Below are positions 21,324 to 39,982 of a DNA stretch of 64,000 nt, in pieces. The stretch lies in assembly GCF_009914755.1 (NCBI RefSeq), contig NC_060937.1; one strand, given 5' to 3'. The notes under the pieces are model-generated. The model saw only the letters and a list, made by a program, of their open reading frames with translations, was not told where the DNA came from and ran no database searches. A program made the translations under genes and the position numbers. Position 1 is the stretch's first letter, and every line of letters begins with the position of its first letter. This DNA comes from the human T2T-CHM13v2.0 reference genome, Homo sapiens.

Positions 21324-22569
21324 AATGCAGATGGATTATAATCTTCTTGAGGGCAAGGACCAAACTTGTTGAAGGTTAACCCTGGCTCGTGACTCACAGT
21401 AGGTGTTCAGAATGTGTTGAATGAATAAATGATCTGTACACTTTTCCAGAAAGCTCTGAATCTATAGTTACTTTTAATTTTTAAAAATATCTTTTGAGGA
21501 CTTCTCTAGAAATAGGTGAGTCTGTTTCTTACATTGCCAAATGTACCTGGGGTGGGGGGTGCGGGTGGAGGAAAAATTGCCCCTGTTGAGAAGCACTGCC
21601 TTAGATCATTCCTTACCAAGGTAGGTTAGGCACTGGCCTCACTCCAAGGCCAGTGCTTCCTGTGCTTCTAGAGTGGCTAGGGAAGCACACTATGGGACAA
21701 CCTTTCCTCACCATTGACAATGGTCATTTACAAGACCATGGCTTATTTTACAGGGTGAACTCCCAATCCCGGTAAGATGGCCCGAGTTTCATTGCTGGTT
21801 TACTAGTTTTGCTTCCTTGGGCAGTGAATTTAAATAACCTGTCAAAAGAATGAAGTGATGGAAGCCAGACTCAAACCAACTGTGTACTCTGTCCACACCT
21901 CTTCAGCAATATGGCATATTGCAAAGTAGTGTTCAGAGATGTGCGTGTAGTAGGCTGCCTGCTCTAACACATGAGATTAAATTTAGATAGCCACATAGGG
22001 AAATCAGTTTTTAAGAAAGCGGATGGAATTCAGCTGCAAATAGATGGACACCTGGAATTCTGGGAAGTTCTAGCTGCTGCTGCTCAACTAAGGCATAACT
22101 GAACTCAAGATTTACAAAAATGTATTTCAGCCCAAGTCTCTCCATAACTACTAACAAGGGACTGAGGAGAAGAATTTATATTAAAAGGATAAAAATATCT
22201 ACACTTGGAAACAGCAGATTGTGAAAGGGTATGTGACTGACAATTATTAAACAATTAAGAGTATGACTAAGATGAATATGCATTCATTCACCAAAATCTC
22301 ATATTCCCAAAAAGCAGGAAAGGTAGTACAGTGAGATGGATGATGCCTTCACATGACTCAGATGTCACGTGTTTCTCACCATTGAGACCCCCAAGGCACC
22401 CCCTCCCAGCATTTACCAGAATGTGTGTGTAACTATTTACAGTGATTTGTGTAATTATTTGATTGTTTCTCTTGTATCCTGTAGCAATGAGGGTAGAGAT
22501 TATATCCCACCTACCACTGCAGCTCCAGGATCCAGCTTCACAAACATTTGTTGAATGAATGAATAAGAA

Positions 22570-24330
22570 AAGAGGATACCCCCAAAGAGGCTGCAAGGGA
22601 AAAAGCTACAAAGACAGAAGCACCAGGAAAAAGTAGGGTCATGTAAGTCAAAGCAGGAAAAAAGTTCCATGGTGGGGTGGTCAGCAGTGTCTAATACCAC
22701 GAAGGCACAAAGTAGGATAAAGGTTAAAAATCAGCCTTTGGTTTTGGCAAATATGAAGCTTATCGGTAGCCTTAGCGAGAACAATTCCATCAGGGAGCAG
22801 AAGCTAACTGCAGTGGGTTGAGTCATCAAGCAGGCATAAGGAAGTAGGGATACCCCATTATAAGCTACTCTTTCAAGAAGCTCAAATCTGAAGGTTAGGA
22901 GAATTAGGTCAGTAGCTAGAAGGAAATGTGGAGTCGAGGGGCTGTTTTTCCTCCCAAGGAGTATAAAGGTGTAACATTGCATGAAACCACTTCAGACAAA
23001 GGCCGATATCAATAGAGAAGTTAAAACGCACGCCTCAAGATTTGGGAAGGCTTGGGGTTGGGCTTAAAGAGGTAGGAGCATATTTCCTATCCTAGGACAG
23101 AGAATAAAGAAGAAAGGATAGGTTCCCATGGAGATAAATTTCTAAGTGTTAAAGAAGAGGCTCAGAAAATTCTAGCATGATAGGCTCACTTTTTTCTTTT
23201 TCCATGAAGGAGATGGCAAAGTCAACTGACATGAGAAAGGTGACAATACTGATGGGTTGAAGAGCGATGGACATTTGAAATAACTTCTTAGACCAGTAGA
23301 GGCTGGAGTTCATAAATCAGAACTGGCTACAGGTTATATATGTTTTTTTTTTTTTCTCCAACAGCATAAGATAACAGAGCGAAGTCTGTAGAAATGAAAG
23401 AAGAGTCAGATGAGGATAGCTGGAGCTAGTGCAAGGAGGGAAGCACCACGGTGGGAGCCAGGTACCCCCTGGATTTATAATTCATACTGAATTCCAACAA
23501 CAGAAGGGCTCTAAGCAGGAGAGTGACAGATTTCAGAAGACTGAGACACATTTGGTAAAAAAAAGTAGGAGGAAAACCTGATTCTGGAATTAGGGCAGCC
23601 AATAGACGGCAGTATTTTCAGAAAGGAGGGAATGGTCAACAGTGACTTTCTAGTCTGGAGCTCAGGAGGAAGAGGCAACTCTACCTGATGGTATTAAGAT
23701 CATGGAGGTAGCTGAGATCACCTAGCTTGTGTGTGTCAAATGAGAAAAGAAGAAAAAATAGGAGAAGTTCCCCAGGAACACAGACATTAAGTGGGGCTGT
23801 GGTGACAACACAAGAAGAGAGGCTTGCAAAGGAGCCTGAGCAGCTGTCATGAGAGAGGTAGGATGGTGGACTCGGAGAAGAGGCAGAAGATGTTCTTAAA
23901 GGAAGGACACTGCTGCCAAGTAGTCAGCCAATTGGTGACAAAGAAAGACCCTGTTGCGAGAAAAAAAGTCAGTGAAGTAGTAGGAACGATGACAGATGAC
24001 ACTGGGTTGAAGACTGAGGAGAGAGAAGTGTAAGAGTGGAAGCAGAGGGCAGACCACTCTTCTGAGACACTGAAGAGGCATAGTTAGAAATAAAGGGGAG
24101 TCGCCAGAAAGGAATTTGTGGCTAAGCAAGAGGTTTTCTTTAAGACTGAAATACATAAGCATGATTTAAATGCTGCTGGGATGGAGTTCACAGACCTGGA
24201 AGACAGAAGACAAAGCGGATCATCAAGATAGTGGAATTTACTGAAATGAGAGAGGAAAATCCCATCCACAGGAAATGCAGACATGAGGGAGGGGCCAGAA
24301 GGACAGTGAAAACATCAGCAACTGGTCCCC
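22570..24330 (-). mobile_element. L2 LINE internal (reverse transcriptase region) remnant
   Basis: Minus-strand peptides LDTADH..LHDPTFSW and ELLERVAY..AKTKG resemble L2 RT segments (AFDTVDH..FHDTTLSW; KLLERVVY); purine-rich + strand. Distal boundary uncertain. Confidence 0.65.
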
Positions 24331-24440
24331 CAACTTCTGAGTGAATGTGGAGATATAATCAGGTAAAGGACTGCATCATCTCCCTGGTTAATGATGGAGT
24401 CAGAGAAAAGAGTGTCTTATACAGAAGTTGTGATATACTT

Positions 24441-24775
<335 letters not shown>

Positions 24776-25726
24776 TTATATATAAAATTATATAGAACCA
24801 CTATAAAATACTCAGGTTTATAAAATTTATATATAAACTTGTTGACATATAAAATTCCATGTAAATGACTATAAAGTACTCTTATATGAAAAGTATATGA
24901 ATTAAATTATATATCAACTTACTTTTATATTACAGTATTTTTGTTATACAGAAGTTTATATAGTGACAATAAATATTTCTCAAGAACGATTTCACATAAT
25001 AGAAGTATAAATTATCCATTTCCAATAGTGAAAAAGAAAAGCAGTTCCACACCAGTGACAGGGCTACGAATCTAAGAGGTACAAAGACTTCATTCTTAGA
25101 GACACTGAGGTCAGGGCATGGCCAACACATCTGAAGCTGATAGAATTGGCGCTGGGTTGGTTGGAGACGGTACGGTATTACTATTACAATGGCAGACGCT
25201 TGGCCTTGATAACTAGCCAATCAGGGGGAAAGATTCTGGTTTCCTCTGTTATTATCTGAACTAGTGTGTTCCCAAAGGGTTAAGATGGTTTATGGAAGGC
25301 ACAAGATCAGCAAACCATAAAGGATTAGCACTAAGAAGGAAGGAAGTAGACCAAGTGTTAATGGCGATGCCATGTAAGAGCCAGGTCTGCGATGTATGTT
25401 CTACATGGTTTGGGGGGTAAAAAAAATGTCAGCCTCCAGAGCACAGGGCTTTAAGCCTCAAGTACTGTTAACAGTAGAGTTTACTAGTCTACAGCAGGAA
25501 TTACAACCAGTAATTCTAAGGCCAATTACTCAGGCAAGTTTTACTAGAACAAGGAAGCTCTGCTTCGAGGTCAAATCGATTTCTGCATTTATAGAAGCAT
25601 CTAGATGTTCTCTGTTCAAACAATGGGGTAAAATCCCCACACATTTTATTTCTGACAGAGTGTTCCCTATATTGCCTGGCCAGGAGTGATAACATTGCTT
25701 GGCTATTATTAATAAAACATTGCTGT

Positions 25727-26020
25727 GGCTGGGCGCAGTGGCTCACACCTGTAATCCTGGCACTTTGGGAGGCTGAGGCAGGAGGATCACTTAACTCCAG
25801 GAGTTTGACAGCAGCCTGGGCAACATAGCAAGATCCCATCTCTCTAAAAAATTTTAAAATTAGCTGGGTGTGGTGGCAGACACCTGTAGTCCCAGCTCCT
25901 CAGGAAGCTGAGGTGGGAGGATCACTTGAGCCCAAGCAGGTTGAGGCTGCAGCGTGCTGTGACTGTGCCACTGCACTCCAGCCTGCGCAACACACTGAGA
26001 GAGACTCTGTCTCAAAAAAA
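25727..26020 (+). mobile_element. AluJ element
   Basis: Diverged sense dimer. Confidence 0.9.
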
Positions 26021-26550
26021 TACATCAAATAAAAATTAAAAGCCCATTTCTTTCTTTTGGTACATTACAGCCATGCACTTCAAAGGCTAGCACAATTATT
26101 TTTCTGCAGTTCTATATTTAGATTCTAGTTAGAAGTAACCTAGGACCTTCATGTTAGAGGTGTCTTTGGCAAAACTGTTATGTGAGTGAAACGTTTAATC
26201 AATTGAGGATAAAGATGCCTCATTGCTAATGAAGATGTGGTTTAAGGATTTTATGCACCCAGTTCATTTATTAACAACTTGTTTAAGCTTTATTAGCTGG
26301 GTCTCTACTTTATAACTGTGTTCTTTAATTTACAAGACAATAAAAATTAAAATGGTAAATGGGAAACCTATCTTGCTTTTCAATAAATAATTTATTTTAA
26401 TAACTTCGTGGGCATGGTGGCCAAAACATTTTAGCTGTGAAAATAATTTCAATTCATATTTTTTTGGAATCAATATTAAAAGGTGATATATTCTCAAATG
26501 AAAAGTGGACAAATGATCAGTTATAGGACATGATTAAGAAACTAACCATG

Positions 26551-26892
<342 letters not shown>

Positions 26893-27989
26893 CCGCTGCC
26901 CTGTGCTTGGAGAGATCTGTTTACCTTTACCACTAAAGACTGTTGGAAGTAAATTTTAGAAGGTTTATAATACCTAAAAGTAATCACTTCTGTCTTATGA
27001 AAGGTTCTGCTGAGATTTTTCTATTGTGGCCACTAGTGGCAATATTCCAGAAGTCATATTTAAAGAATATCTTTAGTGGATTCAGCAGTTTTTCAAATAT
27101 GTACTTTTATCTCTCCAACATTCATGATTGCAATTTTTCAAATTAACCTCATGATATAAACAACTGTACTCTATGATGCCTCATAGTACAGAAACTGGAG
27201 GCAGAAAGAGAAGTTGAATGTCTAAGAATCGGTAATTCTAAAACTCAACATAGACCATTCAGCATTAGTGGTTCTAACAATCCCACTGCAAAATGAGTTG
27301 ATAATGTGTAACACTTTAGTGAACTAAAGCATAAAGAACCATGGTCTCCTAATGCAGCAAATTAAAACACATGATAGCTACAATTAATGAAGTACATAGT
27401 CCTGGCTGGGCACTATGGTACGTCCTTTACATAGATTATCTCTTAAATTATTAACCCCGTTTTAGAGATGAGAACATTCGGGCTCAGGAAGGTTATGTAA
27501 GTTATATAAAAATCACAAAATAAGAGACAGAGCTAAGATTTGAATCCAAGTGTGACCAGGTTCATATCAAGCTTCCATTTTTGAATTTATATTAGAGGTC
27601 AATAACTCACCTTTGTCCTTTTAAAATAATTTTTGGCTCTGTGACCTACACAGGCAAGCTGTTATTTACAAACAACCCACACATCTAGATGGTCACTGTC
27701 TCACCGCCCACTTTTACCATCAGGACTCCTAGTGAGCTGTCAAGGGGAATGCTATAATTTTGGAGGTTCTAAATCTGAGGGCTTAAGAAAGAAAGAAATT
27801 GTAAAAAGCAGGCATTACTCAGGGGCATAGATTGTCAGGCAGATCTGTCATGCTTATAGGTAACCTCCCAGGGCCAAAAATATATGTGCCCAAACTGCCT
27901 AAATATTTCCTGTCACTTCATAATACTGCCTGAAATCCTGCCAAATTAGAACTTCATTTGTGTTGCTTGTCAATTTTTAACGCATAAGC

Positions 27990-28103
27990 AAATCACCTGG
28001 AGATCTTGTTAAAATGCAAATTCTGATTAGGTTAGGTCTGGGTCTGCATGTCTGATATGCTTCCAGAGGGCACTGATGCTGCTGGTCCATGGACCACACT
28101 TAA
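27990..28103. mobile_element. MER5-type hAT fragment
   Basis: 'aatcacctggagatcttgttaaaatgcaaattctgatt..ctgatgctgctggtccatggaccacactt'. Confidence 0.75.
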
Positions 28104-28702
28104 AGAAGCAAAAAAGATGTCTGATATTTACTCTCTGGCTGCCTAGGAGTGCTTCTCATTTAAGTGAGATCTCTTTGTGCATCATAATGGGAGGGATGAG
28201 CTGAAAAGCAGCAAATTAAGAGTGAGTTAAGTGTCTACCTCACTTCCCTACTATCTGTAACAAGCAGGTTTGGGCACTGTGGTCAACCAGAAAATTCTTT
28301 CCAGGACCACAACCCTTGAGATTATGTTGCAAAGATGCAAGGACAACTTAGAAATAATTTCCAGCACTGGTGGCACTGGATGTCTGTCAGTGGTGCTGGT
28401 GGCAGGGTCCTATTCAGACTGTGGTTTACCTGCCTGGCCCGTTTGGTTATGGGCCATTTTCTGAGTACCATGGAGCATCGCCCAGCTGACAAGGGCTTGT
28501 ACTCCACCCTTGGTGCGCAGAAGGGAAGCTTGGCTGCTACTAAGTTTGGTGCAAAGTAATTGTGGTTTTGCCATTAATATTTGATACAGTGAGTCCCTAC
28601 TTTCCTCAGGTGAAACTAGAACTTAAGGGGACACGCTCAAGTTCTCATTATACAGTACTAAGTTTCAAAAATCAGCAATTTTATCAAACACATGCTCTAC
28701 AG

Positions 28703-29012
28703 CAGTGGTCGGCAAACTTTTTCTGTAAGGGGCCAGAGAGTAAATGTTTTAGAGTTTCTGGGCCACATATGGTTTCTGTTCCAGCTATAAACTCTGCCAC
28801 TGTAGGGCAAAAGCAACCCTCCACAATACATACATGAATAGGTGTGTTCCAAAAAAACTTTATTTGTGGACCCTGAAATTTGAATTTCATAAACTTTTCA
28901 TGTGTCATGAAATATTCTTTTGATTTTTTCCCAACCTTTTAAAGATGTAACAACCATTTTTAGCCTGTAGGCCATATAGAAACAGGCAGTGGGCTGGGTT
29001 TGCTGACCCTTG
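28703..29012 (+). mobile_element. MER58B hAT-Charlie DNA transposon
   Basis: Terminal inverted repeats cagtggtcggcaaact / gtttgctgacccttg; 8-bp TSD-like ctctacag/ctctgaag. Confidence 0.88.
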
Positions 29013-29735
29013 CTCTGAAGCAATGATATCTCGATCCAATTTATACCCACAAATTTTTCTCCTTGAAACCATGCATTTAATTCTCATCTCTTCTTACCAT
29101 GACAATAAGAAGTTATTCTATATAACAAAGAGATTGTACCCACCCAAGCCAGCATTTAGATCATGTCATTTGCTTCCTCAAAATTTTGGTCTTTATAAAA
29201 ATCAATTAAAGCACCTTAAAAGGTAAGCAGTGATGAAATATTTGAAATAATTGGCTAATTAAACATCACCTAAATAGAAACTGTGATAAGAACCACAAAT
29301 GCGAAAAGGAATCATGTAGTAACTAATGTGGAGGATATCTTGGTTTAGAGATTTGATGAACACGAGTTTTGATTTAAAAAAATTTGTGCAATACTCACTG
29401 CTTTGGTGGGGAGCTTGCTATGCAAGTTGGTAGAAAAATTTATCCTAAAGTCACAGTTCTCTACCACTCTGGATTTTCTCGAGCTAACTACCATTCCAAA
29501 CTATTTTAGGCACAGTTACTAGTTTCAAGAATCAGGCAAATTGCCCTGGTATTAGCACTGTTCTTTCTGTGGTCACAAGTCAAACTACTGTGGTGAATAA
29601 AATTAGATGATTTCTTTAGTCTTTCCTTTTTCAGCCCCTGTAGTCAATTTCCAGTGCTCCATTCAAAGAAAAACCAAAAATGTCCAGAATATAACCTTAT
29701 TTTAAAACTTGTTAACCACTGATTTCACTTGTTAA

Positions 29736-30176
<441 letters not shown>

Positions 30177-30533
30177 TTAGAACACTCCATCACGGCTCCC
30201 AGGCCCACACCACATGAAGGAACTTCTAGCTCTCTTGCTTGCTCTTTACCCAAATGTAGTTAGCAAGTCCTGGGAACTAAACAGCATTGACACACTTGAA
30301 GAAGACAATTAGGCAAATCCCAACTGCTGTGCTCCTGCAGCTAAAGATGAAGACTCGTCCATTGGGCAGTTGATTAATTGTACCTAGAAAATTAATTTCA
30401 ATGGTCCCATGACAACATACGGGCAGTGAAGCTCTAGTGTTCCCCCTGGGTGGAATCTTCCAGGATGTATAGTCTCCCATACCAGCTCATCCTCCCATTT
30501 TTCCAGATTCTGGTTCTTCTCTCTTACCTAGTG

Positions 30534-31724
<1,191 letters not shown>

Positions 31725-31889
31725 TCATTCCATAACTAGAGATTATGTCTTTATATCCTGTCAAAAAAGTGAATTTTTGTGGGCTAAGACATTATCCCTG
31801 TGTTAAATGCACCAGTCTTAGTGTAAACAAGCCTAGTTCCTTTTTCATTTTGGCTGTCTAGTATGCATTTGTATATGCTAGGCAGTGTA

Positions 31890-32090
31890 CTAGGCACCTT
31901 AAATACATTACCTTGTTTAACCTCTACAGGATTCTGGGAGGTAGGCATTATCCCCATTTTATAGATGAGAACACTGAGAAGACAATGTTCATAAGTGCGT
32001 CACTTGTCTGAGATGACATATTTACTAAGTAGCAGAACCAGGCCTCGAGCTACTCAGTCTGATTTCCAAAGCCCCTGCTCTTAATCACAT
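31890..32090 (-). mobile_element. MIR SINE
   Basis: 'gaggtaggcattatccccattttatagatgagaacactgag' MIR core. Confidence 0.8.
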
Positions 32091-33656
32091 CAACTTCTTT
32101 CCTATATCACCTTTCCCAGAGTGCGCTCTCATGGATAAAGAGCAGAAGTATAAGTTACTAGGCAGCAGAAAACTGTAGAGGTGGGAAGATTAGATAAAAA
32201 ATGTAAATAAGAAGGCTTTAAGACACCAAAATCAAATGTAAATACTTTATAACCTGAATCAGTGCTTGTGTTCATGAGGCTAGAGGTCGTGCATTTTATC
32301 TCTAGGTCTGGTGATGCCAATCCTGATCTACAGCCAGCAGCAACAGTTCCCTAGCCTGCCTAGAAGTTTGTAAATGCATGGGCTTTGGTAGGAGGAAGAC
32401 GAGAGAAAGCAGAACAGATTATTACAAACCCAGTGCATTCCCCCTTGATGGGTCAACAGCGATTTCTTTGTAAGTGAAGGACAGCACACTGGTTTTGATG
32501 ACTCACGAGAGAGTAGGAGGGAAAAAGAAGTCTGAGGCATTGCCTGGAAGCCTCGCTCTGCTTAAACAAGTACACTAATGGCTCATGCCTGTTACTCCCA
32601 GCACTTTGGAAGGCCAAGATGGGTGGATCACTTGAGGCCAGGAGTTTAAGCCCAGCCTGGTCAACATAGCGAGACCTTTTCTCTATTAAAAATAAAGAAG
32701 AAAGAAAGTAATAATGATTCAAGTTCTCATTCTCTACAAAATTCACTTATGACTTTCCAAATGCTAGTGAAAACTTTTAGGTATTGCAAAACTGCCTTAA
32801 TGCATAACGGGATTCTCATTTTACTTAGTCTAAGATGACTTTTTCACTTTGAACTTCTGCATCTTTATGATCGCTTAGCTTTCTGACAAGCAATTTCAGT
32901 AAGTGTTTATCAATTTGCATCCACACGCTGACACATAGGGGTCTACTTACATATCCTTCATGTAATTGAGCTTTTGTAAATCATCTTTCTACATGGTACA
33001 CTTCTGATTTTGTGTGCAGCTTTCTTGTTTAAGCACTGTATTAAATGCTCTGCTTCCTACACCCTTAGGAACAATGAGAATAAAAGCGTAATGTTGGTTA
33101 CTTCTTCATATCAAAGGAAGTTCATCTCCTGGTTATTAAAAGCTATTATTAAATGGCCATCTTTTTGTGCCCCTGTGTTAAGCACTCTACCAAGATACCA
33201 TTAAATAGATAAGGGCCACACTCCATAGAGATGATGGTTCTATATTCTGTATTTTCTGGGGGAGTTCTAATTTCATGCAATTCCTTCTTCTTAAATAAAG
33301 GCAATTCTCTAAATATATTACCTAATGTGCTTTCACTTTCATATTCTTGTAAGATTTTTCACATAAATCAATTCTCAAAAAATAGTATCATAGGCCTTTT
33401 AAAAATAGTCATGTTCAAAAGTCAGGCTCATGAATAAATGTGTGCATTCATTACATATATTTTCATAAATTCAAATTTAAAAGAATAAGAGTAGCTAGAA
33501 GGTGGAAAAAAAATCTTATTCTGATTAGGAATGCACAATCACAAGAAAATTTGTGATATATATAGTCATTTTATTCTGTATTGTTTTATTTTGATTTTGG
33601 TAAGACAAGAAACAATGTAGAAAGTTTGACAACTTAAAAAAGTAATATGAGTGTGA

Positions 33657-33990
<334 letters not shown>

Positions 33991-35994
33991 TAAATGGCCA
34001 AGTTTTATTATGGACAATTAAGCTGTAGAATAAAAATCTACTTTTAATAGCTGGCATAGTGCCTAGTGGTTTTGAAGCCACAAGCAGGTTTACAAAAAAC
34101 ATTTAAATCCATCTGAATCTACAGAAAACTAAGATTACCTAAGCAGAAAATGAAAATAGTTCAGGATTAAGGAAGATTAACAAATGAAGAGTATATGTAT
34201 TTTAGAAGTATTACTTTATATTTTTATAGTATAATAATAATATTTACGTTCCTACACTTATAATGAGTTTCGTATATATATTAAAATAATTTAATGGATT
34301 AGTATGTTTATATTTGCTTTTAGTAAATTTGGTGTATGATAAACTCAGTTGTCTACATTGTGAGACTACACCTGAGGCAATTTCTGTGTTGATATATACC
34401 TGAATAGCAGATATTACTTGGGAGCAAATAAAATAGCTTCAGGCCTAATTTTGCAAGTTCATGATGGGAGAGTAAGCATGACTTCAAAGAACTGACTTTG
34501 AGTTAAAACTTGAAGAATGAATGTGACAACAGCAAGTATAAAACAATGCCAGGCAGAGGTGGGACTGTTCATGGGTATCAGGGTAAGTGTGTTGATAAAT
34601 GCTCAAAGTAGGAAATACCTTTCTTCCCCCACACATGTCAGAAAATAACTGCAATAGAATGCAACGACATCTCAGAGATAAAGTGTTCAACTTAGCTCTC
34701 AGAGACCGTTCAGTTACATTTTGTAATGACATTGGAATTGATTGCATTTTGAAGGCAATTCTAAATGCAAAGTCTTCATTTTGTTGATAGAAGCTGGGTT
34801 ATTTATTATGAAATTTCAAAAATTAAGTAAAATATCTAATTAGGATTATACCAGCAAAGGCAAATTTAGAATTCAAGACTTCATGATCCATGGTAAGATT
34901 ATTTTAATGCAACTCTGCTAATTAACTGAAATTTCCTTTAACTCTCACATCTGCCTTTTACTTCTTAAGACATTTTTCTAGTATTTCACCAGAGCAAGAT
35001 ATCAGAAGGGTAAATCTCTTACCAATGAACTTTGCTAATTCTTAGTGACTCCGTTGACCCTGGTGTAAGGATCAGGAACAAAGTGAATGAAATACATTTT
35101 AATACATTTCTGCTTTCTCTAATTCCAAAGACCACTCTAAAGAATAAGTTATTTGTGGGTATTATCTGAAACTTGGGATTAAAAGAGACCGTGATTACCC
35201 TTCAGGGATTTTGGCAAAACTTAAGCCATTTCATCTGAAGAGCAAAGCAAGCCTCCCACACTCTTGGCTTATTCTCACAATTATCTAGATATCTAGCAAC
35301 AAAACTCTTGAGTAGTTTGTTAACTACAGATGCCAAGGGCTGACAGTTTCACTTTCAGTTTTCAGAATATCTTTTGTTTCAGTGGTGTAAGCACACCATC
35401 AGAATCTCTACTATTTAAAATAATTAAGTTATAATTGTAACTTCCATTAGATGTAGTACTTAAAGGAATCTAGAAGACACAACTCATTAATTATAGGAAT
35501 TTGACTGCAAATTCTTCTGGGGGGTCTGAATTGCAAAGGAGGCATCTTTGTAAGTCAGACTCAACTCATTACTCTGTGATGCAGGCTCCTCCAAATGGCA
35601 GCAGAAACGTATTACTCTCTAGAAACACTACAGTAGTGCTACAATTTCAGGGTTCTGTAGAGATAAGGACAAATTGACAGAAACACATTCTTAGAAGGAC
35701 AGTATCATTTAAAATAAAAATACTGTCATAATTGTACACCAGGATAGCTTCTCCATAATAAATTCTTTATGATTTTCTGATTTTTAGAAATCAGAATTGA
35801 ACTTTTTAATGTGAAAAAAATGAGAGAATTGTTTCAAAATAGGACCACATTTCTGTGTATAATTTTAAAAGTTTAAAAATATTTGATTAGTAGACTGATA
35901 AACTGAAACATTTTTGATAAGCTTTTCATTACATACAAACCATATAATTTGTAAAAAATTGGAAATTATTCAAAACTTCACATAACTAAAGTGA

Positions 35995-36471
<477 letters not shown>

Positions 36472-39297
36472 TGATGAACACAAGTATAGACCCAGTGGAT
36501 TTGAGATGCCCAAGATGCCAGTGAGATATTCAAAGTTTAACTCAAAAGCCACTTCCCATATGAAATCCTGACAAACACTCCTACGTCCAACTGGAATTAA
36601 TTTCTCTTCTGGGCTCCCACAGCACTCTGTATTTTTCTAATAGCATAACACTATTTTGTTTGTAGATATTTCTCTGATAGCATTACTATCTTTCCTCTTT
36701 ATCACAACTGTTTGAAGTTCTTTTGCCTCTTGCATCCACTGTTGCCCAATCCCACTGCTGGAAGGCTCATCTTATTAAGTTCTGTATTCCTAGTGCTAAC
36801 ACACTGTCTACCATAGATGATGTTCAATAAATGGTTGCTAAATGAATTCTCTTGTGATAATAGCACTATGGCAACATAATCGACGGTAAAAATTTCTTCT
36901 CAATGTTTACTTTTAGCAGAATGCATTCATTTATCAACTTTCATTGAGAATATGCTAATTTCCATGACCCTGCTAGGAAATAGGAAAATAAAGATGAATG
37001 TAATAAGGTGCTCATTCTACTGAAAGTCTTGACTAGTGGAGAATTATGGATCCAACTTTTCATGAAATGCCTTCAGTGGTAAGAATTCTCATATTTGGAA
37101 TAAAAAATGTTATGGGTTGTGCCAAGATACCTACATACTTCATAATTTTGTAGAGGGCTGTCCTTACTGCAGAAATGTATACTACTATAGTCATATGTGG
37201 AAATTCTTTTTATGATGCTAACTGCATGCTAACCAGACTTTTTAATTTAATACTTGCATTAAATAAACCATGCTAGGAATCCAGGAATCTAGCTTGGTTT
37301 ATTTTCCATACAATGTACTCTTTGTAATATGCATATACTACATAAAAATTCTATTAATGGCCTCGTACTAAAGATGTGTCTGTTGGGGAATCAGTTATTC
37401 TGTATAATTTTATCTTAATTGATATATTAAAATCTACCAAAAATATAAACTCCGAGTAAAAGTATCTGCATGGTGTGCATATGTTTATTATTTTAAGTGT
37501 CAGCGTATACATTTTCATGCCATAAAGTTATAAAATGAAAAAATAGTAGCCTTTTATATTAAGTTCATGCTTATTTAGTTAGTAAAAACAAGAAAGCAAT
37601 TAACATACAAACCATGATGGTGGTTAAACTTGCTTCAGTTTGTGTTTTTTAAAATTTGAAAGTGAGAAATACAGCTCGAAGTCAGCTCATATTTTCAGTA
37701 AGTACTGATGAGGATGTACTGGCCCTATTGACTACGCTGACCCCATTAAAATATTTGTGAGTCTAAAGGTTCATATGACGCTGTTCCTTCACTCTAGCAA
37801 CAGGCCATACATGTCTTACATAGGGACTCTGTTCAATTCATTAATACCTCCTGAAGTGCTCAACATCGTGGTTCATTTATAGTAGATACTCAATACATAC
37901 TCCATTAACTGAATTCTAAGATAAACTGTCTGTTACTGACAGAAATTTTCACTTAAGGGAGTCTCCGTGGCTGAAGGCAATTTTGAAATCCTGTAAAAGA
38001 ACCCACTCCTCTCCCCAAGTAATGAAGTTTGTCAGTTTCAAGCCTGTAATAAGGTACTGACTTAAAATTAATTTTCTAATAATACAGTACTGCTATATAT
38101 CTAATGTGGGGTTAGTCAATGATAGGAAAAAAACATAAGACAGAGTCACATTTAAAAATGTGTGCTTAGGTGCATGGTGACACCTGCCTGTAGTCCAGCT
38201 ATTCCAGGGGCTGAGGCAGGAAGATCCCTTGAGCTCACGAGTTTGAGGCTGCAGTAAGCCACTGCACTCAGCCTGGGCAACAGAGTGAGACCCTGTCTCT
38301 AAAAAAAATTCGTTTTAAGTGTGCTCAGGACATAACAGGAGCCGCTGGTAACATGCCATTTCCACTGTGAATATGGTAAGGACAGAATCCCTGTCTCTAG
38401 GCCCTCTTCCACTAGTCAATCTCATCATCACCATCAAGGCCAACATTGGTATTCTCTCCTCTGAGACAAAGTCTTTGACATTTTCTATACTATACTATGT
38501 CTTCCTCTCCCCAAATGCATATACAAATAAAATTTGAATGCTTCTTTCTCCATTTAGTGTAATTTTTTTTATAACATAGACCCAATTTTCAAACCCCACA
38601 ATGGTGGATTTTATTTGATGTATTGTAAAAAGCGCTGGATTGAAGTCAAATGGCTTGGGAGACCTAAATTCTACTCCTGCCTGTACCATGAAAGAGACAA
38701 ATCCCAAGGCTTTGCAGGGCTTCAGCTTCCTTGTTTGTAGAATAAAGAATTATAAAATCATCTCTTTTGGTCCTACTGGGCAATAAAAAGCTATGATTCT
38801 AAGCCTGTTCCCTTTTCTCACCTAAGAATACAAATTTGATACAAAGAGGCCGCAGAATGTGTCAAACACTCCCTGTTGCCTGGAATTCTCTCTTCCTTTG
38901 GGTTCAGGGATAAAGGTATGTTATTTCTTAAGTCTCCCTTTGCTTTCTTCTGCTTGCCTCGTAAATATTTTTCCATCTTGGCAGTCCTACATGTCTTCTC
39001 ACTCTACATGTTTTCCCTAGGTGATGTGACCCAGCCTGTGGCTTCCACTGCCATCCACACACGTCGCTGCCTCTCTCCACATCAGCATCGCAACTATCTC
39101 CTGGAAGCTTTCCAAGTGCTGAACTACAGTAACCTCAACCGAACTGCTGTTCATTCACCCCACAGGCTTGCCCCTCCTCTGCATCTTTGTGAGAACCTGA
39201 GAGTCATCCTAAACTCCTCCTTCCACCTCACTCCCCACATCAAATCGATTACCAACTTGTGCTGATTTTATCTTCAAATACTCTCCAGAATTGTCGC

Positions 39298-39982
<685 letters not shown>

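Noticed and set aside
21549-21572. G-rich stretch as a G-quadruplex
   Set aside because: It has only three clear runs of three or more G, and it lies in a MER20-like terminal fragment.
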